Virus record (IMG/VR): IMGVR_UViG_3300032820_000001
Span: 32,001 to 96,000 of that record
Length of the DNA: 64,000 nt
Source of the DNA: a virus
Reading direction: 5' to 3' (one strand)
Positions 35,973 to 45,668 of this stretch are shown in pieces. The notes beneath the pieces are model-generated. The model did no database searches. It was not told the DNA's origin and saw only the letters and a list, made by a program, of their open reading frames with translations. How positions within the stretch are numbered: the first letter of the stretch is position 1; each line of letters opens with the position of its first letter. Made by a program: the position numbers and the translations under genes.

Positions 35973-38900
35973 TTAATCTTCAAAAGATGCTCCAGTTTTC
36001 TGAATGATAAAATCAATTGCAATAAATTCTATTGATCTAGCTGGCTTCAAGAAAACTTTAGCATACATAACATTTCTGTCAATCAAGTCAGGAGTAGTAG
36101 TTGTTTCGTCCAAGACGATCTTATAGTCAGTTAATCCCATTTGAGCCTGAACATCTGCCAAGAAAGGCTCTGCTCTAGCCAGGAATCGTGACCAAGTGGC
36201 CGGACCATTGTTATCGAACAAAGTAGTTGAAGCAATATTAGAAATCCCTTTCTTAACATATAGCATCATTCTTCGAACGTTCACTCGGTCCAATGCAGAT
36301 TGGGTGGCTTGTAAAGTTTTCTGTCCGAAAATTACAATACCCTCTGCTGGGAATTTAGCGATTGGGTTCACATTGTTCTCGTAGAGTTTATCTCTCATCT
36401 TCCGAGTCAAGTGTTCGCGAACACCAATCACAGGGATACCCGCTGCACCATCAGATAGGCCGCCGCGTGTGAATCCTGCTGGCGCGAACCATGGTGCTGC
36501 CTTCTTGTCGTTGCTCGCAAAAGTACCGAGAGCGGCGACAGAAGGGGGAACCCATAAAATTAACCCTGCGCCAAATTCATCCTTCGTCTGAACCCAGGGG
36601 TAATATGAGCAGCCATAGCTGCTGTTAAGTGACCTGTCTTTAAGAGCGGATACTGTACTATTGACGGATCCTACTCGATCTTCTGGGGGGTCGTTTGAAT
36701 CTGCTGATGGCAGATAGCCGTCCTCCAAATCAATGATGGCGAGGGCATCTGCGCGTGTTTCGCAAACATCAATCAAGTGAGTTGTGAGAGCGGGGGTTGT
36801 AACACCCGGCACAGTGGCCAAACTTATGTTCACGACTTCCGGATCGGCAATTGTGTCAATCGCCCTCTTCACAGAGTTGAATGCATAATTATTATATTCC
36901 GTAGAGTTACCACCTTCCGACGTTTTCGTGTTTCTGATGGGATCTTGATCATAAATATCAAATCCGTCAAATCCTCCAACAAGTGGCATCGTAAAGCGAT
37001 TGATTCCCGCATCTAAAACGCGAGTATAACTGGGGGATAGTCCACCAGATTCGGCGTCTGGGGTTGGGCCACCTGCGGTGATGGAAAGGCCATCGACTCG
37101 GTTAGTTGTGTTATAAACCACCTGATTTTCAATTCCGCCGGAGCTTGAGACATACGCAATGTTATCTAAACTAAATACGAAATTTCCTCCGTCGGCGACA
37201 GTTGTTTTGGTAGCATCGGTAGGTAGGTAACGAGCCAAATCGATATAAGATCTTTCAAAACTCGTGCTGCCTGCTCGATCTGTGGTAATTCCGAAATATG
37301 GCTCTGTTGGATCTGTGAATCCGCCTTCCGAAGAACTAACTCTGAGTGCCATAGAGGGCCCTGTAAGTGTAAAGGAACCTGTTGATCCTGCTGCTCCTGA
37401 AATAGATGTAGTCAAAGCAGAATGAGGAATATCAAGTTGCCAGTTTGCAGGGGCACTACCGGTGGAATTAACAGCGCCGGTGGTTGTTACATATGTATCT
37501 GGCCCTTGGAAACCAAAAGGTAGGTAATCAGACCCGTATTGAGTTGACTCCATATCCACATAAATATATTTGGATTTATTGGCATAATCTCCGTACTCAG
37601 TAAAGCGTCTTTCATTGTCAGACCATTCGGCGTATTTATCTCCAATTTTAACGGGGAGGTAATCAGCAGAATTGGGGTTCAAATTACAATTAGTAAACAT
37701 TTCTAAGACGCGTTTTTTGGTGTCAGTGTCTCGCGCATCGCGGACTTCAACCGTGAACGAACCATAGGGATTAAAATCCGGGTTCGTTGGAGCCGAGATA
37801 TCTGAGATAGAAATTTTAATATTTGAATTGGCCCACTCGCCAGTATCAATCGCCTTCAAACTAAAGAGCGTAGGCATATCAGCGGGGTCATAAGAGCCCG
37901 TATCTGGGCTCGTTGCTTGGCCAATCACCTTGCCAGTTTGGGCGGTCTGAGATCCTACCTTGCGGCAGCACCCGTCCGTCAATCCGACAATTACTCCATA
38001 CGCATTTCCTGCCAAGGCTGCTGTGGAACCTAGAGTGTCTTCGAGATTTCGTTCATACGTTTCTCCCAAAAAGTAAGTGGCAGCACTTGGTGTAATTTCA
38101 CCGAGGCGGGTGGGATCAGTGTTGAAGGACTTACGAATATAAGCTCCGTCATTGGGATTAAAATTAAAAGAAGATGTAACGACAGGGTTGCCATCAGCAT
38201 CCTCAATAATTGCTTTAAACTGAAAATCTCCGCCATTGCTGGAGATGAATTCACATGCGCCATTGGTGGTAACGGCGCCATTAAGGTTTTCACCAGCTAG
38301 CCGGATCGAGCCTGTATTGAGATACCAGATGGCAGCAAGGGTGCCCCCATCTGCGGCTGCGCCGGGCGTTGTTGATGCGTCGGTTCCTCCCGATAGGGCG
38401 CCGCCTGGGCCAGTGGTAAGAGTGGCATTGCTGAAGTCCGTTGTAACTGTGTGAGTATTTCCATCTGCTCCCGCAACGCTGGCGGAAATAGTGATTACAC
38501 CCAGCACATTGCTGGCGCTGAAATACGAACTTCCATTAATGGCGAGGACACAAGCTTCGGCGCGGGCTGTGTTATCGGCGCCGCCTCCGGCTGGTGGGGC
38601 GATGGGGATTTCATCATTAACAGTTTTCGTATCGTCGCCGCCTGCGACGGTGGTGAGGGTAATAATTTGTCCATCAATCAAAACGTCAGTAATCTCCAGG
38701 CTACAAGTAGCATAGGTCGCAGGGACCACAACGGGGGATGAAGATGCCGAGGCAACAAAAAGGCCGAATGCGCCTCCGTTGGAGGCAGTGCTCGGATTTG
38801 GAGTGTTTACTGTCTTCCAGCCCGCTTCGCCGTTTCCAGCAGAAGCACCTGTTCGAGTTTCGCCAAGAACACGAACCACGGTCAGCGGTGATCCGCTCTT

Positions 38901-39173
38901 GAGCCATGCTCGTGCAGCGTAAGATGCGTAAGTGGGGGAGGTTCGATTGCCCTCTCTCCAGACGTCGCCGCCTTCGCCGCCAGGAATGGGGTTTCCAAAG
39001 AGTTCCACAAAATCCAAGAATGAATTGACAGTGACGGGGCGCATTGCTGGCCCTCGCTGGGTTCTGCCGATGACAGCTGGGCCGACTTCGGCTGCCTGCC
39101 TGGGCAATTGAGATTGGTCTATTTCGGTTAAGAAAATTCCGGGGGATACAAAACGATACTTATTAGCTGACAT
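35973..39173 (-). CDS. contractile tail sheath protein (gp18-like), enlarged
   Basis: FVSPG...EID, VVRV, YYPW, VPPS, WFAPAG..RG, GQKTLQ, DRVNVRR, RSIEFIAIDF; start at MSANK (AGGAG SD). Confidence 0.95.
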   Translation of the reverse strand: MSANKYRFVSPGIFLTEIDQSQLPRQAAEVGPAVIGRTQRGPAMRPVTVNSFLDFVELFGNPIPGGEGGDVWREGNRTSPTYASYAARAWLKSGSPLTVVRVLGETRTGASAGNGEAGWKTVNTPNPSTASNGGAFGLFVASASSSPVVVPATYATCSLEITDVLIDGQIITLTTVAGGDDTKTVNDEIPIAPPAGGGADNTARAEACVLAINGSSYFSASNVLGVITISASVAGADGNTHTVTTDFSNATLTTGPGGALSGGTDASTTPGAAADGGTLAAIWYLNTGSIRLAGENLNGAVTTNGACEFISSNGGDFQFKAIIEDADGNPVVTSSFNFNPNDGAYIRKSFNTDPTRLGEITPSAATYFLGETYERNLEDTLGSTAALAGNAYGVIVGLTDGCCRKVGSQTAQTGKVIGQATSPDTGSYDPADMPTLFSLKAIDTGEWANSNIKISISDISAPTNPDFNPYGSFTVEVRDARDTDTKKRVLEMFTNCNLNPNSADYLPVKIGDKYAEWSDNERRFTEYGDYANKSKYIYVDMESTQYGSDYLPFGFQGPDTYVTTTGAVNSTGSAPANWQLDIPHSALTTSISGAAGSTGSFTLTGPSMALRVSSSEGGFTDPTEPYFGITTDRAGSTSFERSYIDLARYLPTDATKTTVADGGNFVFSLDNIAYVSSSGGIENQVVYNTTNRVDGLSITAGGPTPDAESGGLSPSYTRVLDAGINRFTMPLVGGFDGFDIYDQDPIRNTKTSEGGNSTEYNNYAFNSVKRAIDTIADPEVVNISLATVPGVTTPALTTHLIDVCETRADALAIIDLEDGYLPSADSNDPPEDRVGSVNSTVSALKDRSLNSSYGCSYYPWVQTKDEFGAGLILWVPPSVAALGTFASNDKKAAPWFAPAGFTRGGLSDGAAGIPVIGVREHLTRKMRDKLYENNVNPIAKFPAEGIVIFGQKTLQATQSALDRVNVRRMMLYVKKGISNIASTTLFDNNGPATWSRFLARAEPFLADVQAQMGLTDYKIVLDETTTTPDLIDRNVMYAKVFLKPARSIEFIAIDFIIQKTGASFED

Positions 39174-39304
39174 TGCGAGGTCTCCTTTTGGCTTACTCAT
39201 CTCTAAAAATTGAGTATTACAACACGATTATATACCATATTAATTAGTATTTAAGAATTTCAAAAGCAGAAAAAGTGTTTTTTATGGCTAATAAAGGGGG
39301 TTTA

Positions 39305-40123
39305 TTAAAAGAAGTCTAAATCAGACTCGTCTAACATTGTTCTTTCGCGGGGGATTTTCACCTCAACAGCATTCTGTCTCTTCACAATAAATGGCTTCTC
39401 TTGGTTGGGGCCGGCGCCGACGAGATAACCCAAGACGCGGATGTCAATTTCACACTCATACATTCTCTCATCCTCTCCCATCTCCTCAACATTACTTGTA
39501 GATGTAAAATCAGATTCAATAAAAGCTTCGTACTTGTGGCCGTCTTTTATGACCGTGAAATAATTTATATTACCTGTCGCGGTCATAAATGGTTGTAATA
39601 AATCATTCATTTGCTGTTGGTACTCGGTTCGAACCTTAACAATATAGTTAGCGTTAACCGAAACTGGAAAAGGGATAGTGATGGTTTCATACACAATCTT
39701 TTTGTTCTTCCTTGGAAAATTTATCTGCCCGCGATCTTTGAGGGCGTCGGCGTTGGCAAAATTAGATGACTTATCTTGGTTGATTTGTCGAGTAATTTGA
39801 AATCCGCCGCCTTTTGCATCAGGGTCATTTGGAATGTTAGCCCATGCAACCCCTTTGCGCGTGGCATCTTTCTCAAACCCTGTTCGCTCTAGAGATAAGA
39901 GAGGAAGGATCAGGGCCCCTTCTTTGTCGCGCATTTCTTTGCTGCGCTTTGACTGATAAGCTCTCTCTGCGGAAACCCAAATAGTGGGGACTTTTTTATA
40001 CCCCCTGTTTGAAGTAACATGGAGATCCATCACTTCGTTTAGCCACTCGTACATCGCCAAGTCCATCGTTTCAATAGTTGATGGCTCAAAAGGTATTACA
40101 ATTTCTTCTTTATCTTCTGCCAT
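39305..40123 (-). CDS. tail terminator / completion protein (gp15-like)
   Basis: 272 aa between neck and sheath; ILPLLSLER, PVSVNANY..VRT. Confidence 0.6.
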   Translation of the reverse strand: MAEDKEEIVIPFEPSTIETMDLAMYEWLNEVMDLHVTSNRGYKKVPTIWVSAERAYQSKRSKEMRDKEGALILPLLSLERTGFEKDATRKGVAWANIPNDPDAKGGGFQITRQINQDKSSNFANADALKDRGQINFPRKNKKIVYETITIPFPVSVNANYIVKVRTEYQQQMNDLLQPFMTATGNINYFTVIKDGHKYEAFIESDFTSTSNVEEMGEDERMYECEIDIRVLGYLVGAGPNQEKPFIVKRQNAVEVKIPRERTMLDESDLDFF

Positions 40124-43100
40124 TAGTTTCCGTCCCCGCCTGCGGTGTTGCTATCTGCTTTACTATAGAAGCTGCTGGCATGCCAAACTCCGCCTTCGTT
40201 GAAATAGTATTTATCTGATTGGACAAACACGCCAACGGGAGAGGAGCCAACCTTACTTAAGTAAATAGCACGTCCAGCGTAAGATGCCGCATTTTCATCT
40301 AATCCGATTAAAACAGCGCGATCTGAATTTTGTGTTCCGTCAAGAGTTAGTATATTCTGAATGTCAGGATGCGAAGAGGCTTGCGGTTCTTGCGGTGTAG
40401 TGTCAGCGTCCGTATAAAAGTGGGAGGGGTGCCAAATGCCGCCCTCATTAAAGTAAAATTTACTGGGTATTCTAAACGGCGTGACGGGGTTCGAAGCAAT
40501 TGACGACAAATATAAAGTCTTCCCAGAATATAAAACTGAGTTTGTGGCATATTCTTCTATCAGAGCCCTGTTGGGCCCGTCGCCGTCATCGGCCAATGTG
40601 AAAATACCAGACCCAATGGCAGCGATTGCAACAGTCGTAGTTCCACCACCGCCGGGGCCAAGATTAGAAAGTTGTTCATTTAAAGAATTTATTTGAAGCT
40701 GAATATCCTGCTGAGATCCCTGAATTAAGTCCGTGAGGCCATTGACATCTGCCGCCTCAACATATGAGGCAGTTAATCGGGAAAATGTTGGGGCGCCATC
40801 GGGGGTGTTGAATCTAAAGCCATTGGTTTCACCATCGATGGTTATTTTATGTGTTCCCCCGAAAATGATAGAGCCCGTAGAAACATAAATATCTCGCACC
40901 TGCTTGTCTATTGTTCCAATATCATAAAGGTTGCCAGATGCTGGAGCGATATGTCCATGAACCTCGATACCAGATGCGGTAAGAGACGAAACTGTCATTG
41001 CCTTGGTGGATGTGTTTCCTTTGTCGAGAATTGTATCGAGAGTATCTGCTTCCTCATAATAACTCGCAGTGAGGGCGTTTGCCACCGATCCTACAATTTC
41101 AGAGGCAGGGATGTTTGTCAAGTTGGAGGCATCCCCAATATAGGCAGAGGCAGACATTGAACCAGTATATGTTAAAACATTACTTGGGCCGGTAACAGAA
41201 AGAGTCCCCACTGCAGTTGAACCAGAGACAAAATGCAAAGAAGATCGGCGCACATAAATGGCATTCCATGGCTTCGCCAAGGCCCCCAGATCATGACTAA
41301 ATCGAGAATACGGCAAGATATTACCACTAGAATTTATTGTCCCCTCAAAATTGTGAGAGTCCAAAATCCCCGATCCAAAATTAGTTGTTCGAGTCACACT
41401 CAAGTTGCCCGTAATTGCGGCGGCGCCTACGTGATGTCCATCCCAAGATCCAGTGACACCAACCAAGCCAATGCCACTCCCAATAAAAGAGGAGGCCGAG
41501 AGCGTGGAAGAAACACTAACGTCGCCCATGAAATTAACGGTATCCCTGAATATAGAAGTTCCTCCTGAGCCAGTTTGAAGAAAAGAACCTGTAAACCTAT
41601 GAGTGTCGCTGAGGACATTGCCGAACGACGTGGAGCCAGAATATGTTAAGACACTACTATCGTCGACAGAAATTGTTCCCACATCCGTGGTACCGGATAT
41701 AAAGTGAAGAGAGCGATGGCCGACGTAGAGGGTATTCCACGGTTTTGCTGGGGAGCCTAAGTTGTGACTGAATCTCGCATTGGGGACAAGGTTCCCACTG
41801 ATATCTAGGCTTCCCGAAAAAATATGAGAGTCGGTATCGCTTGATCCAAAAGTTGTTGAATCCGACACAACTAGCGAGCCCGTAATTGCTGCATCACCTG
41901 TGTGTTGTCCATCCCAGTCTCCAGTGACGCCAGTGATGCCGGTGCCATCGCCAAAGAAAGCGGAGGCAGAGACGTGGCCAGAGGCGGTGAGGTTTGTTAC
42001 CTCAAGTGTTCCTGTAATTGCTGCATCGCCTGTGTGTTGACCATCCCAATCTCCGGTGACACCGGTTAAGCCAGCTCCATCGCCGAAAAAGGAAGAGCCG
42101 CTTATAATAGAGCCAGTTATATTTTGTGCGTGTACCAAAGTCCCGGACACGTTACCAGTTACATCACCCAGAACGCTGCCAGTGAGATCTCCAGTTACGT
42201 TCCCGGCTAAGTCGCCAGTTACGTTTCCTGCAACATCACCCAGAACGCTTCCGGTTAAGTTGCCAGTAACGTCACCAGTAACATCACCAGTAAGATTGCC
42301 AAGAACGCTGCCAGTTAAATCCCCAGTTACGTTTCCTGCAACATCACCCAGAACGCTTCCGGTTAAGTTGCCAGTGACATCTCCAGTTAAATTTCCAGCA
42401 ACGTTACCCAGAACACTTCCAGTTAGATTTCCAGTTACATTGCCAGTTACATTGCCAAGGATGCTGCCCGTCAAATTGCCAGTGACATCGCCAGTGACAT
42501 CACCAGTTACATTGCCAAGGACACTGCCAGTTAAATCTCCGGTCACGTTCCCGGTAAGGTCGCCAAGAACGCTTCCAGTTAAGTCACCAGTTACATTCCC
42601 AACAACATCGCCAGCAACGTCACCAATCACAGGCCCCAATAAAGAGCCAGTAAAGGATGTTGCCTCCACTGTTGATCCTGATATTGCTTGCGTCACAAAC
42701 ATAGAACCAGTTATGTGAGCATCACCAGTTAAATTTCCATCCCAAGAGCCACCAACGCCGCTTAGGTTACTACCATCGCCAAAAAAGGCAGATGCAGAGA
42801 TAGAAAGAGAGGAAGATAAATTTCCCTGAATTTCTATATCATCTTTGAAAATAGAAGTTGCGCCGGAGCCGGTCTGGAGGATAGATCCTGTAAATTGGTG
42901 GGTGTTGGTTAGAAGAGAGCCGAACTTTGTGGAACCCGTAAGATTTATATCTCCAGAAGAATTGATTGTTATCTCATCACTGGTGGAAGTTAGTGTTACG
43001 TTGGTTCCCTCCACTAAAGTTTTCATATTAAATTGGATTCCAGTTTTATTCCTGAAGACTCCCTCGCCAGTGCCAACATTGGCCATTGTGTTATCCACAC

Positions 43101-44268
43101 CATCGGGAGTTATAATGTTTGCGTTCTCGCATGCCGTAACGGAATCCAGATCAAACTCACTAACAGTCCCCTCAACCTCGGAAAGCTTGAAGATTCCTTC
43201 CCTGGCTCGGATGCAGCTGGCCACCACTTCAAACTTCTCGTCTATTTTCCCGAAAAGTAACTTGGGTTGTCCCACAGTAATAATTTCATAAAGAATATTC
43301 CCATAAAGGACGAAATCTCCCTCTCTAACAAAAAGATTTTGGTCTTCGGTGAGGCGCCGCTTGTGAAACTTAACGTCGATAGCGGATTTTCTGTCAATTC
43401 CAAAACTGGTGGTGGTGGTATCGCTGCCTTTCCACTCGATAGCTGCGAATACGCGTATGGGCGGCAAAAAAGTCTTATTTATAGCTTCGCCGTATAATTC
43501 ATGAAAATCAGAATTTGGAATGGACACCGGAAAGTATACAACCTGTTGGCCGACAACCCTTTCGAGTACCTCGTCGTTGACTTGTTTAACTAAATTTGAT
43601 TCTTTTCTCCCCGTAAAAAGGGGAGGAGGTGGTGTGCCCGGTCTTTCGTACACTTCGCCACAGGGTTGCTCGCCGGAGCCTCCGGTGCTGGTGGTGTCTC
43701 CCGTTAAAACTCGTATTTCTTGGATGGGATCGCATGCCGGTGCTGTTAAGCGCGGATCATCATCTCCGTCGTCTGCATAAGATTCCGAGGGGAAAGTTCC
43801 GTCCCTTGCGCGGACGCATTTTGCAGAAATTTCAATCTTTGAATCGGGTTGACCGAACAACAGCTTTGGCTGGGCCAGCTGCACAATCTCATACTTCTGT
43901 TCACCATACTGAATGAAGTCTCCCTCTCTTACAAAGAGGTTTTGGTCTTCGGTAAGGCGGCGCTTGTGAAAATGAATTGTCACTGAGGACTTCTTATCTA
44001 TTCCGAAGCCAGTGGTAGCGGTTTCTTCGCCTTCCCACTCGGCCAAGACTTCCACATGAACGGGTGGCAAGTAAGTTTTGTTAATTGCTTCACCATAAAG
44101 TGGGTGGAAATCTGAGTGTTTTAAACTAATGGGATAGTAGAGTATCGAAGTTCCGATTACTCTTTCGATTACCTCGTCAGTAACCTGCTTTACAATGTCT
44201 TTTTCTTTTTGCCCCGTAAACAAAGGAGGTGGAGGGGCTTCAGGTTGCTTCCACTGATTATCAGACAT
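40123..44268 (-). CDS. tandem-duplicated neck (head-closure, gp14-like) domains fused to a repetitive fibre
   Basis: two roughly 155-aa copies sharing PPPPLFTG, LYGEAINKT, FHKRRLTEDQNLFVREGDF, then GxVTG repeats. Confidence 0.7.
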   Translation of the reverse strand: MSDNQWKQPEAPPPPLFTGQKEKDIVKQVTDEVIERVIGTSILYYPISLKHSDFHPLYGEAINKTYLPPVHVEVLAEWEGEETATTGFGIDKKSSVTIHFHKRRLTEDQNLFVREGDFIQYGEQKYEIVQLAQPKLLFGQPDSKIEISAKCVRARDGTFPSESYADDGDDDPRLTAPACDPIQEIRVLTGDTTSTGGSGEQPCGEVYERPGTPPPPLFTGRKESNLVKQVNDEVLERVVGQQVVYFPVSIPNSDFHELYGEAINKTFLPPIRVFAAIEWKGSDTTTTSFGIDRKSAIDVKFHKRRLTEDQNLFVREGDFVLYGNILYEIITVGQPKLLFGKIDEKFEVVASCIRAREGIFKLSEVEGTVSEFDLDSVTACENANIITPDGVDNTMANVGTGEGVFRNKTGIQFNMKTLVEGTNVTLTSTSDEITINSSGDINLTGSTKFGSLLTNTHQFTGSILQTGSGATSIFKDDIEIQGNLSSSLSISASAFFGDGSNLSGVGGSWDGNLTGDAHITGSMFVTQAISGSTVEATSFTGSLLGPVIGDVAGDVVGNVTGDLTGSVLGDLTGNVTGDLTGSVLGNVTGDVTGDVTGNLTGSILGNVTGNVTGNLTGSVLGNVAGNLTGDVTGNLTGSVLGDVAGNVTGDLTGSVLGNLTGDVTGDVTGNLTGSVLGDVAGNVTGDLAGNVTGDLTGSVLGDVTGNVSGTLVHAQNITGSIISGSSFFGDGAGLTGVTGDWDGQHTGDAAITGTLEVTNLTASGHVSASAFFGDGTGITGVTGDWDGQHTGDAAITGSLVVSDSTTFGSSDTDSHIFSGSLDISGNLVPNARFSHNLGSPAKPWNTLYVGHRSLHFISGTTDVGTISVDDSSVLTYSGSTSFGNVLSDTHRFTGSFLQTGSGGTSIFRDTVNFMGDVSVSSTLSASSFIGSGIGLVGVTGSWDGHHVGAAAITGNLSVTRTTNFGSGILDSHNFEGTINSSGNILPYSRFSHDLGALAKPWNAIYVRRSSLHFVSGSTAVGTLSVTGPSNVLTYTGSMSASAYIGDASNLTNIPASEIVGSVANALTASYYEEADTLDTILDKGNTSTKAMTVSSLTASGIEVHGHIAPASGNLYDIGTIDKQVRDIYVSTGSIIFGGTHKITIDGETNGFRFNTPDGAPTFSRLTASYVEAADVNGLTDLIQGSQQDIQLQINSLNEQLSNLGPGGGGTTTVAIAAIGSGIFTLADDGDGPNRALIEEYATNSVLYSGKTLYLSSIASNPVTPFRIPSKFYFNEGGIWHPSHFYTDADTTPQEPQASSHPDIQNILTLDGTQNSDRAVLIGLDENAASYAGRAIYLSKVGSSPVGVFVQSDKYYFNEGGVWHASSFYSKADSNTAGGDGN
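42140..42650 (-). repeat. G-[ND]-[VL]-T-G tandem repeat region with an exact 53-bp direct repeat
   Basis: 42215-42267 is identical to 42323-42375. Confidence 0.9.
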
Positions 44269-44279
44269 CTATGATCCCC

Positions 44280-45548
44280 CTATCCCACAAAGATAGTCAG
44301 AGGGATCTTTTGTTGAATTCTGTTTGCGTTTTCGATGAGGTCAGCATCGCCAGACATTAGCTGCCCATACGTCATTTCGTCTAAGATGGTCTTCAGTTCA
44401 TCTCGAAGAGCAGTTTGTTCTTCTTTTGCCTGCGACGCCAACTCAGAACCGTTCAGCGTAACCGAATCTCCTGGAATTGGGATTGTGGCAAATTTCCCGC
44501 GAATGTGGCCAAGGGTCTCCTTGCTCAGTGCTAGACAAAATCTCCTGATCCACTGCTTTCCAATCGCATTGATATTTTCGTAAGGAACGTTGTCCAGTGG
44601 AAGGGTATTCATGTTATTTATACCGTCAATACCAATGTCGGCGCCGGAGGAATTAACCCAGTTATCGCCAGGAATAGTAAACTCAAACCACATCTTGTCT
44701 ATATTGTATGCGGAGGGGCTGGGAAAGACACGAAGTTTATTATCTCGCAACTCATAAGAGCATTGAGAGGTTCTGGTATATAGGGCATCCTCATAGGCCA
44801 TAGCTTGGAGTTTGTTTTCCCAAACGGGAACCACCTGGAAGGTGCTGTCGTCGGCATATTGCCCATAAGACGTTAAATTACCAATTACATTTAACCCTCC
44901 CTGATACCCGAAGAATCGCCACATGACGCGGGGGGTTTTGTAAAACACCTTTTTAATTAAGATCTTTTTATCTCCTACCAAGCCACTAAAGAGAGATCCA
45001 GTCTTGAGGGATTCCGCCTCGATGATAGATTGTAAGTTGTAATCTTGAACTTGAGATTCTATGTCAAAAGATGCAGAATAGATCGGGGTGCTTCCCCCTA
45101 CATTTGCTTCCTGCGAAATACCATCAGCAACACGACGGGCATAGGCGTAATCGAACAGTGGGTATTTTAAGCCAACGTGTCCGCCTTCTAGGGACGCGCT
45201 CAGGTCAGTGCCGGGTTTCATCTCACCTTTGTGATCAAACGTCCCTGTGGAGGCGCCCAGGACGTCAGAGAGTATGTTCTTCGACTGGTGTATGTTAATA
45301 AGATACGAGTATTCGAGACACGACTCTTCGTAGGCTGCGTATACGCTCTCTTCTTTAATTTCAATATCAAGAACGTCGCCGCCCAATTTGCGATATGTAT
45401 AGGTCACTTGGTCGACGGCGCCGGAGATGAAGTCATCGCTAGTATAGACGCCGGTTGCAAGTGAAGAAGTCACAAGCGAACGAGATCCTGTAGGGGGAAG
45501 AACTGAAACGCTGGTATTGCTTTTTGGGGTGAGAATCGGAGCTGCCAT
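44280..45548 (-). CDS. neck / head-tail adaptor protein (gp13-like)
   Basis: RKLGGDVLDIE, WIRRFCLALSKETLG.IRGKF.TIPIPG..VTLNG; follows MCP. Confidence 0.75.
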   Translation of the reverse strand: MAAPILTPKSNTSVSVLPPTGSRSLVTSSLATGVYTSDDFISGAVDQVTYTYRKLGGDVLDIEIKEESVYAAYEESCLEYSYLINIHQSKNILSDVLGASTGTFDHKGEMKPGTDLSASLEGGHVGLKYPLFDYAYARRVADGISQEANVGGSTPIYSASFDIESQVQDYNLQSIIEAESLKTGSLFSGLVGDKKILIKKVFYKTPRVMWRFFGYQGGLNVIGNLTSYGQYADDSTFQVVPVWENKLQAMAYEDALYTRTSQCSYELRDNKLRVFPSPSAYNIDKMWFEFTIPGDNWVNSSGADIGIDGINNMNTLPLDNVPYENINAIGKQWIRRFCLALSKETLGHIRGKFATIPIPGDSVTLNGSELASQAKEEQTALRDELKTILDEMTYGQLMSGDADLIENANRIQQKIPLTIFVG

Positions 45549-45581
45549 TCAAAGTACCTCGTGAGATTATAATTCACTTAA

Positions 45582-45589
45582 TAAGTAGT
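45582..45589 (-). promoter_or_regulatory. late-promoter-like ACTACTTA upstream of neck gene
   Basis: intergenic, just downstream of the MCP terminator. Confidence 0.55.
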
Positions 45590-45617
45590 TTATTTATTGA
45601 CTAAATGCAGAACAAAT

Positions 45618-45641
45618 AAAAAACCCGCCACAAGGACGGGT
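45618..45641 (-). terminator. intrinsic terminator after major capsid gene
   Basis: ACCCGTCC-TTGT-GGCGGGT followed by TTTTT. Confidence 0.75.
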
Positions 45642-45668
45642 CTTTCATATATTATGTATTGGTTTTAA

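Noticed and set aside
42140-42650. Periodic DNA repeats as a possible CRISPR array or DGR template
   Set aside because: They are in-frame coding repeats with no repeat-spacer structure. No cas or reverse transcriptase gene is present and there is no adenine-specific variation.
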